A DNA stretch of 32,000 nucleotides from an uncultured delta proteobacterium (GTDB lineage: Bacteria > Desulfobacterota > BSN033 > UBA1163): assembly GCA_963827685.1 (NCBI GenBank), contig CAWHBU010000004.1, forward strand, positions 672,943 to 704,942, given 5' to 3'. The translations under genes and the position numbers were made by a program. Under the pieces are notes generated by a model, which worked only from the letters and a program-made list of their open reading frames with translations, was not told where the DNA came from and ran no database searches. The first letter of the stretch is position 1, and every line of letters begins with the position of its first letter. Positions 1 to 7,808 of the stretch are shown piece by piece.

Positions 1-564
1 GATCAATACCTTGGTGATCCGTTTATATTCATCACTGTCAAGGGCTTTGGCAATATCGACAATGTTGGTCGCGGTCCCTTCTGCAACGATAAGAGGACCA
101 GGCCCCACCACCACATGCCATCCTCCTGTCATCTTGATCCCCATTTTTTCCATGGTGGGAAGATGATCGTTCTTTACAAAATTCGCGTATTCATCTTCTT
201 TTCCAGGGATGATATTGAAATATTGGTTAAATTTCCATACCCTTAATTGAATATTGTACTTATCCATTTTCACCCTGCCCGTGGGTTTAAGAATCCTGCT
301 ACAATAGTTGAGGACATAACGCTGGATCTGGGCCGTTACCTTCTCATACTCTTCTGTTTCCATGGCCTTTTGAAGTTTTTGTAGCGAATCCACTGTCCCG
401 ACCGAAATGACCCTGGGACCCTCCCCAACGACCACATGGAATCCTCCTACCGGATTGATGCCAATCTTTTTCATGGTCGGAATGTAATGATTAATGGCAA
501 ACTGTGTGTATTCTTCTTCTTTCCCCGGGATGATATCCCAGTGTTGATTAAACAGAAAGATCAT
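1..564 (-). CDS. Partial CDS (N-terminal 188 aa; the 3' end lies beyond the window). Hypothetical protein built from two tandem homologous ~100-aa domains.
   Basis: Not in the ORF track because it runs off the window. My minus-strand translation from ATG 564..562 stays open to position 1: MIFLFNQHWDIIPGKEEEYTQFAINHYIPTMKKIGINPVGGFHVVVGEGPRV...WKFNQYFNIIPGKEDEYANFVKNDHLPTMEKMGIKMTGGWHVVVGPGPLIV... The SD GGGAGGAG is at 568-575 (seen as ctcctccc on the plus strand). The two halves align with each other. Confidence 0.6.
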   Translation of the reverse strand, partial: MIFLFNQHWDIIPGKEEEYTQFAINHYIPTMKKIGINPVGGFHVVVGEGPRVISVGTVDSLQKLQKAMETEEYEKVTAQIQRYVLNYCSRILKPTGRVKMDKYNIQLRVWKFNQYFNIIPGKEDEYANFVKNDHLPTMEKMGIKMTGGWHVVVGPGPLIVAEGTATNIVDIAKALDSDEYKRITKVLI

Positions 565-581
565 CTTCTCCTCCCTGGAGA

Positions 582-692
582 TTAACCCTTCGACTCCCCA
601 GCCTGAAGGCTGGGGTTTGCTCAGGGTTAACCCTGAGCGGCGCTTTCCTCCCCGCCCTAAAGGGCGGGGCTTGGCGCCGTCGAATGGGTTAA
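582..692. other. GC-rich compound palindromic element that fills the intergenic gap. Predicted four-way junction: a 13-bp outer stem plus three hairpins, each with an 8-bp stem and a 4-nt loop. Either a MITE/REP-like element or a structured intercistronic RNA.
   Basis: Outer stem ttaacccttcgac (582-594) pairs with gtcgaa(t)gggttaa (679-692). H1 is ccccagcc-tgaa-ggctgggg (596-615). H2 is gctcaggg-ttaa-ccctgagc (619-638). H3 is ccccgccc-taaa-gggcgggg (650-669), extended by ggcgc (639-643) pairing with gcgcc (674-678). Confidence 0.6.
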
Positions 693-1009
693 AATAGACG
701 AAGGATGATGGGATCGGAGCTGGCCGTGACCTCATAGGATTGGAGGACCGGTTCTGCGGCATACATATCTTTAAATTTGGCCACCAGCTTTTCGTAATCC
801 CCACTCTTCTCGTAGGCCTCGAGATCCGCCCTCGTATCCCATGCCGTGAGAGAAATTCCCTGATCTTTGTTGTCTAAAGACTCCAGGAGATGGACAAATC
901 GAATTCCCTTGTGGCCTTTGTGAGTAGAGACGACTTCTTTGTTGTAAAGCTCACGGAGCTCCTGCATCTTGCCTGATTTCAGTTTAAAAAAAGTCATTCG
1001 GACATACAT
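689..1009 (-). CDS. Small ABM-fold (antibiotic-biosynthesis-monooxygenase-like, dimeric alpha/beta barrel) protein, 106 aa.
   Basis: The true start is most likely ATG 1009..1007 (MYVRMTFFKLKSGKMQELRELYN...), preceded by GGAGGAG. The N-terminal 74 codons in the track overlap the PpsB-like gene and look non-coding. The size and the pattern ..F.HLLES.D...GISLTAWD...DLEAYEKS..Y fit the ABM family. Confidence 0.65.
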   Translation of the reverse strand: MYVRMTFFKLKSGKMQELRELYNKEVVSTHKGHKGIRFVHLLESLDNKDQGISLTAWDTRADLEAYEKSGDYEKLVAKFKDMYAAEPVLQSYEVTASSDPIILRLF

Positions 1010-1092
1010 AAGTCTCCTCCAAAGTCCCCTCTCGCCCTCCTCGGTTTCGAGTCGTACCGACTTTCTTAAAGGGGGGGAGGGAGGATACCATG

Positions 1093-2079
1093 TTACCTTC
1101 TGAAAAGCGAGGACATCATGTCGATGATGATATCGGCATCGCTCTGCCTTGGTTTGCCTGCCTTCGTGACCGGTCGGGATTGAACGAGAAAGATATTTTC
1201 GGGGTATGGAAGATCTTCGTCGATGGCCCACTCCAAATCCTGGGCAGATTGATAATGGGCTTCCGCAAGCTTGCCAAGGCGCACCAGTTCCAACAGGGCT
1301 TCATCATTGACACATTGCTGATTCTGCTTTTCGAGGGAGGGTTCGACGCAGACGACCTTGTTTCCCTCCAGCTGATAGCAGATGGTTTTTGGAGAAATCG
1401 TCCTGTCCAAAATTTCGGACGATTTCTTATCCACGAGGAAATGGTCCGGGGAAACCTCTCCCTTGACGACGCTCTCACCTAATCCCCAATTGCCCTCCAC
1501 AACGATCTTATCCTCGTCTCCGAGCACCGGGTCGATGGTGAACATAACGCCAGCACATTTCGCCTTCACCATTTTCTGGACACCCACACTAATGGTCACA
1601 TTGTCATGAGGCCATCCAATCTGATTGCGATAGGCGATGGCACGATCTGTGAATAGGCTTGCCCAACATTTCAAGATGTGGTGGATCACTTGCTCTTCGC
1701 CTCTAATCCAGAGGTAGGACTCGTGTTGTCCGGCGAAACTGGCCGTCTTCAGATCTTCGGAGGTGGCGCTGGACCTGACCGCCACAGGGAGGTCTGGAAC
1801 GCCAGACAGATCACATAATTTCTTATAGGCTTGGCCAATCTCTTTCACAATTTTTTCAGGGATGGGGGTCGATTCGATGAGATCCCGAACCGTCTGACCT
1901 GCCTTCTCTAGAGCCTGAACGTTTTCCGGGGGGATTTGAGAGAGGGTTCTCACGATCTGGTCTCGAACCCTCCCTCTTTCCACAAAGGTATCGAAGGCAT
2001 AGGTGGTGAGCGCAAATCCAGGGGGGACGCGGAGGCCTAGCCGAAGCATCTCCCCCAGGTTTGCATTTTTACCACCCAC
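1093..2079 (-). CDS. PEP/pyruvate-binding (ATP-grasp) domain protein, equivalent to the N-terminal part of PEP synthase. Phenylphosphate synthase beta (PpsB)-like. The N-terminal 22 codons appear to lie in another frame (2080..2146); see findings.
   Basis: Motifs VGGKNANLGEM..G..VPPGF and VAVRSSATSEDL..ASFAGQ are present. It sits immediately downstream of the His-domain partner (the stop TAG 2150..2148 is followed one nt later by ATG 2146). Confidence 0.85.
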   Translation of the reverse strand: MGGKNANLGEMLRLGLRVPPGFALTTYAFDTFVERGRVRDQIVRTLSQIPPENVQALEKAGQTVRDLIESTPIPEKIVKEIGQAYKKLCDLSGVPDLPVAVRSSATSEDLKTASFAGQHESYLWIRGEEQVIHHILKCWASLFTDRAIAYRNQIGWPHDNVTISVGVQKMVKAKCAGVMFTIDPVLGDEDKIVVEGNWGLGESVVKGEVSPDHFLVDKKSSEILDRTISPKTICYQLEGNKVVCVEPSLEKQNQQCVNDEALLELVRLGKLAEAHYQSAQDLEWAIDEDLPYPENIFLVQSRPVTKAGKPRQSDADIIIDMMSSLFRR

Positions 2080-2147
2080 TCGAGGGCAAGTCCTTGCCTG
2101 AACAATCCTTGAACCAGATGATATGCTTCTTTGTTTTTGAAACCATG

Positions 2148-3833
2148 CTATTTGTCCAGAATAAATACGGCACCCAAGTTTCCGTCTACCCGGATCCTTT
2201 GACCTGTTTTGATCACCTGGGTTCCGGTGAACACGTTCATGACGACGGGGATTCCATACTCCCGACCCACGATGGCGGCATGGGAAAGACTTGCCCCTCG
2301 ATCCACCACCACGCCATTGATCATGCCAAAGACAGGCGTCCAGGCAGGAGAGGTACTCATCGATACAAGGATATCTCCCTTCTGGATCTTAGGTAGATCT
2401 TCGTCTCTGAGGACAACCCTTGCAATTCCTTCCGCCACGCCTGAGGATCCACATGTTCCATAGAGGTCGGCCTTGAGCTCAGGTTTGGGTACAGGCATGC
2501 TTCCGACAACCACTTTGAGCGCGATCGGATCCAACGACTGAACCAGACCGCCTATGGCCTGATCTAAAGTGAAACCTTCTTTCATAATCGCGGGTGGATT
2601 TCCACGCTGCATCCACTCTTGCCAATCTTTTTTACGACGTTCCACCAGTGGCTTCATATTAATTTTATCCGGATTGATCCCGGCTCGCCGCACCTCATCG
2701 GGCATGAGGAAGAAGATGTCATCCGGTTGGTTGATCGCCCCGCTTTTAGCGAATCGCTTTCCCAATGCCAGGCAACTTCTTCTCATCAAGGCATGGGTAT
2801 AAAGGTCGAGATAATGATTGTGCTCCTCGCTGAAGCGGCTGCAGTTCTGGGCTACCTTCATAAGCATTGAAAACCAGCTCTTTTGCTCTGGTGCAATCTT
2901 CCCCAAAACCTCCTTCTCTGCATCCTTCCTTTCCTTCGTCAGTTTCTTTCTGTCTTCGTCCAGGTCGAATTCTCCGCCCTTCTTCAGATACATTTTGATT
3001 GTATCAAATCCAGGGGTAGGGTCCTCCTGCCAGGTCGGTACGTTGATCTCAGCCATCCTCTCCATTCTCCAACCGGCTTCTTTGTCGAGGAACTCGTTAA
3101 ACTCTTTCATAAACTTTTTCCCTTTGTCGCTACCCTCTAATTTAGTTTTGAGTTCCTTGGCGGGAGTATCGGAGAATAGTTTGTCAAGGCCCATATCCTT
3201 CGCTTTTGCGGAGAACTCCCAGAGCCTTCGATCAACCCGGAAGCTTTCGTTATCGAAACCGCTTAATAATTTATGGAAGGTAGAATGGGTATCATCAATT
3301 TTGAGCAACTGTTGGCACAGCTGTTCGAAGAGGACGTAAGGCGTATAGGTTCCGTACATCATATGCATGTGGATCTCCCACATCCTCCGGCAGGTATCGA
3401 TCGTTTCCTCGAAATTGTCCAGAAGCTGGATGTTCGTAGCAGTTTCAACGTTGAGGGTTTTCAAGTTATCATACCGTTTTAGTATTTCCTTTACATAACC
3501 TCCCCAGAGCCCATCGTAGTTCTCCACAAAGGGCCGGATGGCCTCCCTAAACTTTTTCTCCCTTTCAGCTTTTTCCTTATCTGAATCGACCATGAGGAGG
3601 CAGAGATAACCTCCTCCATCCTTGAACCGCCAGTCCCATCCTTTCACTGTGGGAAGCGAAAGGGTTTCGGCACCGTATTGCATTCCATGCCGGCAAAAGT
3701 TGATCCAAAACCATCCAAACATAGGCGTCCACGGCGGGACGGAATGAGTGGCATCAAGAAACCAAGCAGGCGACTGTTCTAAATCATACTTCTCATCAAA
3801 CTCAAATCCTGGAACAACGTCATAAATCTTCAT
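2148..3833 (-). CDS. PEP-utilising-enzyme mobile (phospho-His) domain protein, phenylphosphate synthase alpha (PpsA)-like, 561 aa.
   Basis: C-terminal ..GSSGVAEGIARVV...ILVSMSTSPAWTPVF....VVDRGASLSHAAIVGREYGIPVV carries the swivelling His motif. The N-terminus has the W..D..H..PP..P pattern shared with the 22183 paralogue. The SD AAGGAGGTGG lies before ATG 3833. Confidence 0.85.
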   Translation of the reverse strand: MKIYDVVPGFEFDEKYDLEQSPAWFLDATHSVPPWTPMFGWFWINFCRHGMQYGAETLSLPTVKGWDWRFKDGGGYLCLLMVDSDKEKAEREKKFREAIRPFVENYDGLWGGYVKEILKRYDNLKTLNVETATNIQLLDNFEETIDTCRRMWEIHMHMMYGTYTPYVLFEQLCQQLLKIDDTHSTFHKLLSGFDNESFRVDRRLWEFSAKAKDMGLDKLFSDTPAKELKTKLEGSDKGKKFMKEFNEFLDKEAGWRMERMAEINVPTWQEDPTPGFDTIKMYLKKGGEFDLDEDRKKLTKERKDAEKEVLGKIAPEQKSWFSMLMKVAQNCSRFSEEHNHYLDLYTHALMRRSCLALGKRFAKSGAINQPDDIFFLMPDEVRRAGINPDKINMKPLVERRKKDWQEWMQRGNPPAIMKEGFTLDQAIGGLVQSLDPIALKVVVGSMPVPKPELKADLYGTCGSSGVAEGIARVVLRDEDLPKIQKGDILVSMSTSPAWTPVFGMINGVVVDRGASLSHAAIVGREYGIPVVMNVFTGTQVIKTGQRIRVDGNLGAVFILDK

Positions 3834-3985
3834 CTTCCCACCTCCTTAATGTGATTTTGTTAAAATTCCCCCCGCTCTGCGGGGCAACTATGAAAGTCCT
3901 CCTTTCATAAGAACCACCTCCATTCTCTCAACCAAAAAATTTCAAATATGATTGAATCGCTTTATAATCGGGCAGGAGACACTAC

Positions 3986-4013
3986 ACTATACTACAGAAT
4001 TTTAAGAAATCAA
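3986..4013 (-). promoter_or_regulatory. Candidate sigma70-type promoter for the PpsA-like unit (TTGATT-16-TATAGT in the minus sense).
   Basis: The -35 aatcaa is at 4008-4013 and the -10 actata at 3986-3991 (plus-strand spelling). They lie in the 188-nt gap between the DUF89 stop and the PpsA-like start. Confidence 0.3.
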
Positions 4014-4021
4014 GCCCTTTC

Positions 4022-4924
4022 TCAAGTCCCAATTTCCACAATGAAGCTTCCTATGTTGGCTCCTGTTTTCCTTGCAATTGGATGACATTTTACTTTTAAC
4101 ATGTAAAGAATTGCTTTCCCGTGCACCTGATCCTTCAAGGCCTCATAATTTCCTGTCCCTTTAGCAATCACAAGGTCACTTTTCCTAAAAATGTCAGAGA
4201 GTTGGGACGTGCTTCCCCCTGGTATGAAGAATCCGTTCACCGTAAAAATATTTTCAACGAACTTATCCATAGCAAAGAAGAGGGCATCCTTCCTTGTCGC
4301 ATCCTCGAAAAAAGGATCTTCTTTCACAACTAGATTTACGGTCGCCTCCATCTCCTTGAGTGTGGCGATGAGGAGAGAATCAAATCCTATCTCTCCCGCG
4401 TTATCCGTAAGATACAAGATGCGAGTTGCCCTTTGCGCCGTTCCAAAAACATCACCGATCAAGGAAGGTAACGGATTCTTTCCCTTTAGGATATTGGTAG
4501 CTTCTTGGAATCTGAAGGCCTCACCTGGCACAGTCATTGGAGCGACATTACTTGCCGATGCCAGACGGCAGGCCCTCTTGAATCTCTCCTTGGGATTTCG
4601 TCCTTTTTCAATATATTTTTTCGCAGAGGGTAACAACTTACGCACGAGTTGATTGCTTTTGAGTTTAATGCCTCCATAGTAGTCGGCGGAATGGGATAGG
4701 TATTCATTGATGGAATTGGTAATCGTGTTGCTTAAAGACCCAATGTTGGTCTCCGAATCGAACTCTCTTGCGAGAATCCTGGATATTCGTTTGACGAGCT
4801 GAAAGCGTCCTTTTTCGTTGGCCAGGACTCCTGCTCTTTCATATACCCACTTTAGGATACAGGGAGCACATTCTAAATCAGGCCTCAGAATCGTCCTCCT
4901 TCTCCACTTCAAACAGCCTCGCAT
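4022..4924 (-). CDS. DUF89 / ARMT1-like metal-dependent (damage-control) phosphatase family protein.
   Basis: Motifs LTDNAGEIGFDSLLI and VIAKGTGNYEAL, with an N-terminal CxxC (ECAPC). The start is uncertain: ATG 4924 has no SD, while an internal AAGGAGG precedes a possible non-ATG start about 12 codons in. Confidence 0.7.
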   Translation of the reverse strand: MRGCLKWRRRTILRPDLECAPCILKWVYERAGVLANEKGRFQLVKRISRILAREFDSETNIGSLSNTITNSINEYLSHSADYYGGIKLKSNQLVRKLLPSAKKYIEKGRNPKERFKRACRLASASNVAPMTVPGEAFRFQEATNILKGKNPLPSLIGDVFGTAQRATRILYLTDNAGEIGFDSLLIATLKEMEATVNLVVKEDPFFEDATRKDALFFAMDKFVENIFTVNGFFIPGGSTSQLSDIFRKSDLVIAKGTGNYEALKDQVHGKAILYMLKVKCHPIARKTGANIGSFIVEIGT

Positions 4925-4933
4925 TGCAAAAAG

Positions 4934-7573
4934 CTATCGAGACTGCTTGATCTTTTCCGGAGTAATCGGTAGATCCCGGACACGCAAGCCACAAGCATGA
5001 TAAATAGCATTCGCAATGGCTGGCGCGGTTGGGACATCGGCATACTCCGCCATCCCAGAAGCCCCGAAGGGTCCCTTCGATTTCGGGATATCGAGAGTGA
5101 TCACCTCCATATCGGGCATATCTTTGGCCCTCGGGACCTTAAGCTTGGCGAAGGTATCGGTTTTGGTGTAGACAAAATCTTCCATGAGGGCATATCCGAG
5201 GCCCATGGCAATGCCTCCATGGAGCTGACCTTCAACATGTTGACTATTGATCACCGTTCCAAGATCATGAACGGAAGTGATCTTGAGGACATCCACCTTG
5301 CCCGTCTTCACCTCCACAGCCACCTCTGCCATCTGGATCCCAAAAGAGTAGGTTTCCCAGGGAATCCCTTGACCAGTCTTCGGATCAGGCCTTGAAGTGA
5401 CGGGTTTGTTGATTGCCTTGAAAAGAGTAGGCAAGCCTTTGGCCTTCATCTCGCTATAGGTTTTGACGCGATTTTCCTCCATGGCCTTTTTCAATTCGGC
5501 CACAGCCATCTGGACAGCTTTTCCTGAAACGTAAGTCTGTCGGCTCCCAGCTGAAAAATTCCCATCCGGTGTAATTTCTGTGTCGGTGGTACAGACTTTA
5601 ACCCTTTCCAATGGAAATCCCATTGTCTCGGCGGCGACCTGCCAGAACATCGTATCCGCACCCTGTCCCATGTCCGCCGCCCCAATCCAAACCTGTAACG
5701 TATCATCGGGCAGAAGTTCGGCCCATGCTTCGGATTGATCTGGAGCACTTCGGCCCGGACCAAACCAAACTCCTCCCAATCCCACACCCCGCTTCACTTC
5801 ATCGGTCGTTTTCCCTTTTGCCTCGTTTAATGCTTTTTCATAGAGAGGTTTTATGGTTTCCATACACTCCTGGAAACCAATCGTGTGGTCTAATACCTGG
5901 CCGCAGATCGTTGTATCGCCTTTAACAAAACCATTTTTCATCCTGAGGGCTAAAGGATCCATTTTCAGCTGGGATGCCAACTCGTCGAGGGTGGACTCAA
6001 TGGCAAAAGCTACCTGGGGTACACCAAATCCTCTCATGGCGCCTTTGAAAGCCGTAGTGGTATAAACAGCTTTCCCATAGACATGGGCATTGGGGAACCG
6101 GTAAGGCCCCTGGGCATGGATAACACCTCGCTGTGTCACACTATTGCTAAAGGACTTATAGGCTCCGCCATCCGCCGTGACATCGAAATCCAATGCCATC
6201 AACGTCCCATCCTTTTTGGCTCCCACTTTGACCTTCATGAAGAAGGGATGGCGTTTGGGAGTAGCTGCAAATGTCTCGCTCCTTGTATAGACGAGTTTCA
6301 CCGGTCTTTTGAGCTTCAAGGCCGCAAGGCCCAGAATTCCACCCACGGAGACATCGAGCTTGCCTCCAAAGGCTCCGCCGGTTGGGGTTTGAATCACTCG
6401 AACCTTTTCCAAACCGAGACCCAAGGCCTCAGCAATGGTCTTGCGATGGGCGTGAATATTCTGGCCTGCTGCCATGACCACGAGTTGTCCATTCTCGTGG
6501 ATAAAGGCAACGCCAGAGTCGTTTTCCAAATAAGCATGTTCAACAGTTTGTGTGACATAGCTTTGCTCAACGACAACATCTGACTCCGAAAAACCCTTCT
6601 TGGCGTCACCATGGATGATGGGTTGCTCAAAAAAGAGGTTTGGACGATCGTCATGGACTCTTACGGCACCCTCTTTCAAGGCTTCCTCTGGTGTCAGGAC
6701 TGGTTCGAGAGGTTCATAGGTCACCTCAATCTTTTCGAGGGCATGGGAAGCGATTTCCTCAGAAGTTGCTACTACGGCAACCACTGGATCGCCGATGAAG
6801 CGGACTTTATTACTGCATAGGATGGGCTGATCATCTCCTGCCATCTTCAAGATGTTTGTTCCTTTTACATCTTTGGCAGTGAGAACGGCCAGCACTCCAG
6901 GGATAACCTCCGCCTCTTTCGTGTCAATGTTAATGATCTTGGCGTGGTGATGGGGACTTCTGAGAACCTTGATGTGGGCGCATCCGTCCACAGCGAGATC
7001 AGCAGCGTAGAGAGTGGTCCCCGTTGCCTTCTCGAGGGCGTCCCTTCGTGGAATGGGCTGGCCGAGGGTATTTCCCCCTTTCCATTTTAATCGAATTGAT
7101 TTTGTCTCTCTCCTGAAGTAAGAGGCCGCTAGTTCCACAGCCTCAAAGATCTTCTGGTACCCCGTGCAGCGGCAGATGTGGGGCTGAAGAGCCTTCTTGA
7201 TCTCCTCTCGGGTAGGGTTAAGATTTTCATCCAAGAGGGATTTGGTCCGAATGATCATGCCCGGCGTACAGAAGCCACATTGAATGGCCCCTGTCTTTGC
7301 AAAGGCCAATTGAATGGGATGGGGGTTCTGAAGTGTTCCGATTCCCTCAATGGTCGTTATCTCTTTGCTTTGGGCTTTAGCAACCGGAATCCTGCATGCG
7401 AAGACGACGTCGCCATCCATGAACACAGCGCAGGTGCCGCAATGACCGGCAGAACATGCTTCCTTTGTACCTGTCAACCTGAGATCTTCTCGAATCACTT
7501 TCAGTAAGCTTTTTTGAGGATCAACAATCACTCTTCGAGGGGCTCCGTTCAAGATGAAATTTATCTCCTGCAT
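4934..7573 (-). CDS. Mop-type aldehyde oxidoreductase (xanthine-oxidase family). Fused 2x[2Fe-2S] and molybdopterin-binding domains with no FAD domain, 879 aa.
   Basis: N-terminal CSAGHCGTCAV...C, CGFCTPGMI and CRCTGYQKI ferredoxin-type motifs run directly into a ~700-aa Mo-cofactor domain. This architecture matches Desulfovibrio gigas MOP. The SD GGAGG lies before ATG 7573. Confidence 0.9.
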   Translation of the reverse strand: MQEINFILNGAPRRVIVDPQKSLLKVIREDLRLTGTKEACSAGHCGTCAVFMDGDVVFACRIPVAKAQSKEITTIEGIGTLQNPHPIQLAFAKTGAIQCGFCTPGMIIRTKSLLDENLNPTREEIKKALQPHICRCTGYQKIFEAVELAASYFRRETKSIRLKWKGGNTLGQPIPRRDALEKATGTTLYAADLAVDGCAHIKVLRSPHHHAKIINIDTKEAEVIPGVLAVLTAKDVKGTNILKMAGDDQPILCSNKVRFIGDPVVAVVATSEEIASHALEKIEVTYEPLEPVLTPEEALKEGAVRVHDDRPNLFFEQPIIHGDAKKGFSESDVVVEQSYVTQTVEHAYLENDSGVAFIHENGQLVVMAAGQNIHAHRKTIAEALGLGLEKVRVIQTPTGGAFGGKLDVSVGGILGLAALKLKRPVKLVYTRSETFAATPKRHPFFMKVKVGAKKDGTLMALDFDVTADGGAYKSFSNSVTQRGVIHAQGPYRFPNAHVYGKAVYTTTAFKGAMRGFGVPQVAFAIESTLDELASQLKMDPLALRMKNGFVKGDTTICGQVLDHTIGFQECMETIKPLYEKALNEAKGKTTDEVKRGVGLGGVWFGPGRSAPDQSEAWAELLPDDTLQVWIGAADMGQGADTMFWQVAAETMGFPLERVKVCTTDTEITPDGNFSAGSRQTYVSGKAVQMAVAELKKAMEENRVKTYSEMKAKGLPTLFKAINKPVTSRPDPKTGQGIPWETYSFGIQMAEVAVEVKTGKVDVLKITSVHDLGTVINSQHVEGQLHGGIAMGLGYALMEDFVYTKTDTFAKLKVPRAKDMPDMEVITLDIPKSKGPFGASGMAEYADVPTAPAIANAIYHACGLRVRDLPITPEKIKQSR

Positions 7574-7808
7574 ATCTCAAGACCTCCGATCAAAAAATTT
7601 TCCAACTCAAAGGAAACTTGTTAGGGAAAGACCCCACGAAAAGGTTCCCTGAGATATTCAGAAATTCTATATCGAGAATAGAATGGAGGAAAATTTTCAG
7701 CAGCGAAAGCTGCGTCTTTGCCAGTGATGATCGAAAAAGTCTGAACGCTTGAGTGTTCGTATTGCATTCAAGGCCACCGTGCCAAAGGCACGATGGGGAA
7801 TAAAAGGA

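Noticed and set aside
582-692. Considered whether the cloverleaf-shaped element is a tRNA or tRNA-like gene.
   Set aside because: At 111 nt it is too long. All three arms have 8-bp stems with 4-nt loops, so there is no 7-nt anticodon loop and no T-loop or D-loop consensus. The acceptor-like stem is 13 bp. It is kept as a structured or repeat element, not as a tRNA.
1010-1092. In the ppsB-like/ABM intergenic RNA, a C-rich tract (auccucccuccccccc) lies opposite a G-rich tract and the SD. This could be an anti-SD sequestering structure.
   Set aside because: The complementarity is low-complexity (C-runs against G-runs), and I could not draw one convincing register by hand. It would need folding and conservation analysis before being claimed.
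1090-1609. Track ORFs 1090..1482 (+), 1116..1478 (-) and 1382..1609 (+), plus many similar 60-170-aa ORFs opposite or out of frame within the large genes (for example 2818..3339, 6083..6583, 15936..16418, 19696..20154).
   Set aside because: They are shadow ORFs inside strongly supported CDSs. They have no SD sequences, low-complexity translations and no recognisable motifs.
7775-7800. A TGGCAC motif in minus sense downstream of the SDR gene, considered as a possible sigma54 -24 element for the Mop-type gene.
   Set aside because: The expected TTGC(A/T) -12 element is displaced (N7 instead of N5) and reads CTTGAA. The TGGCAC is also part of a 10-bp hairpin (ccatcgtgcc/ggcacggtgg), which more likely marks the end of the SDR message.
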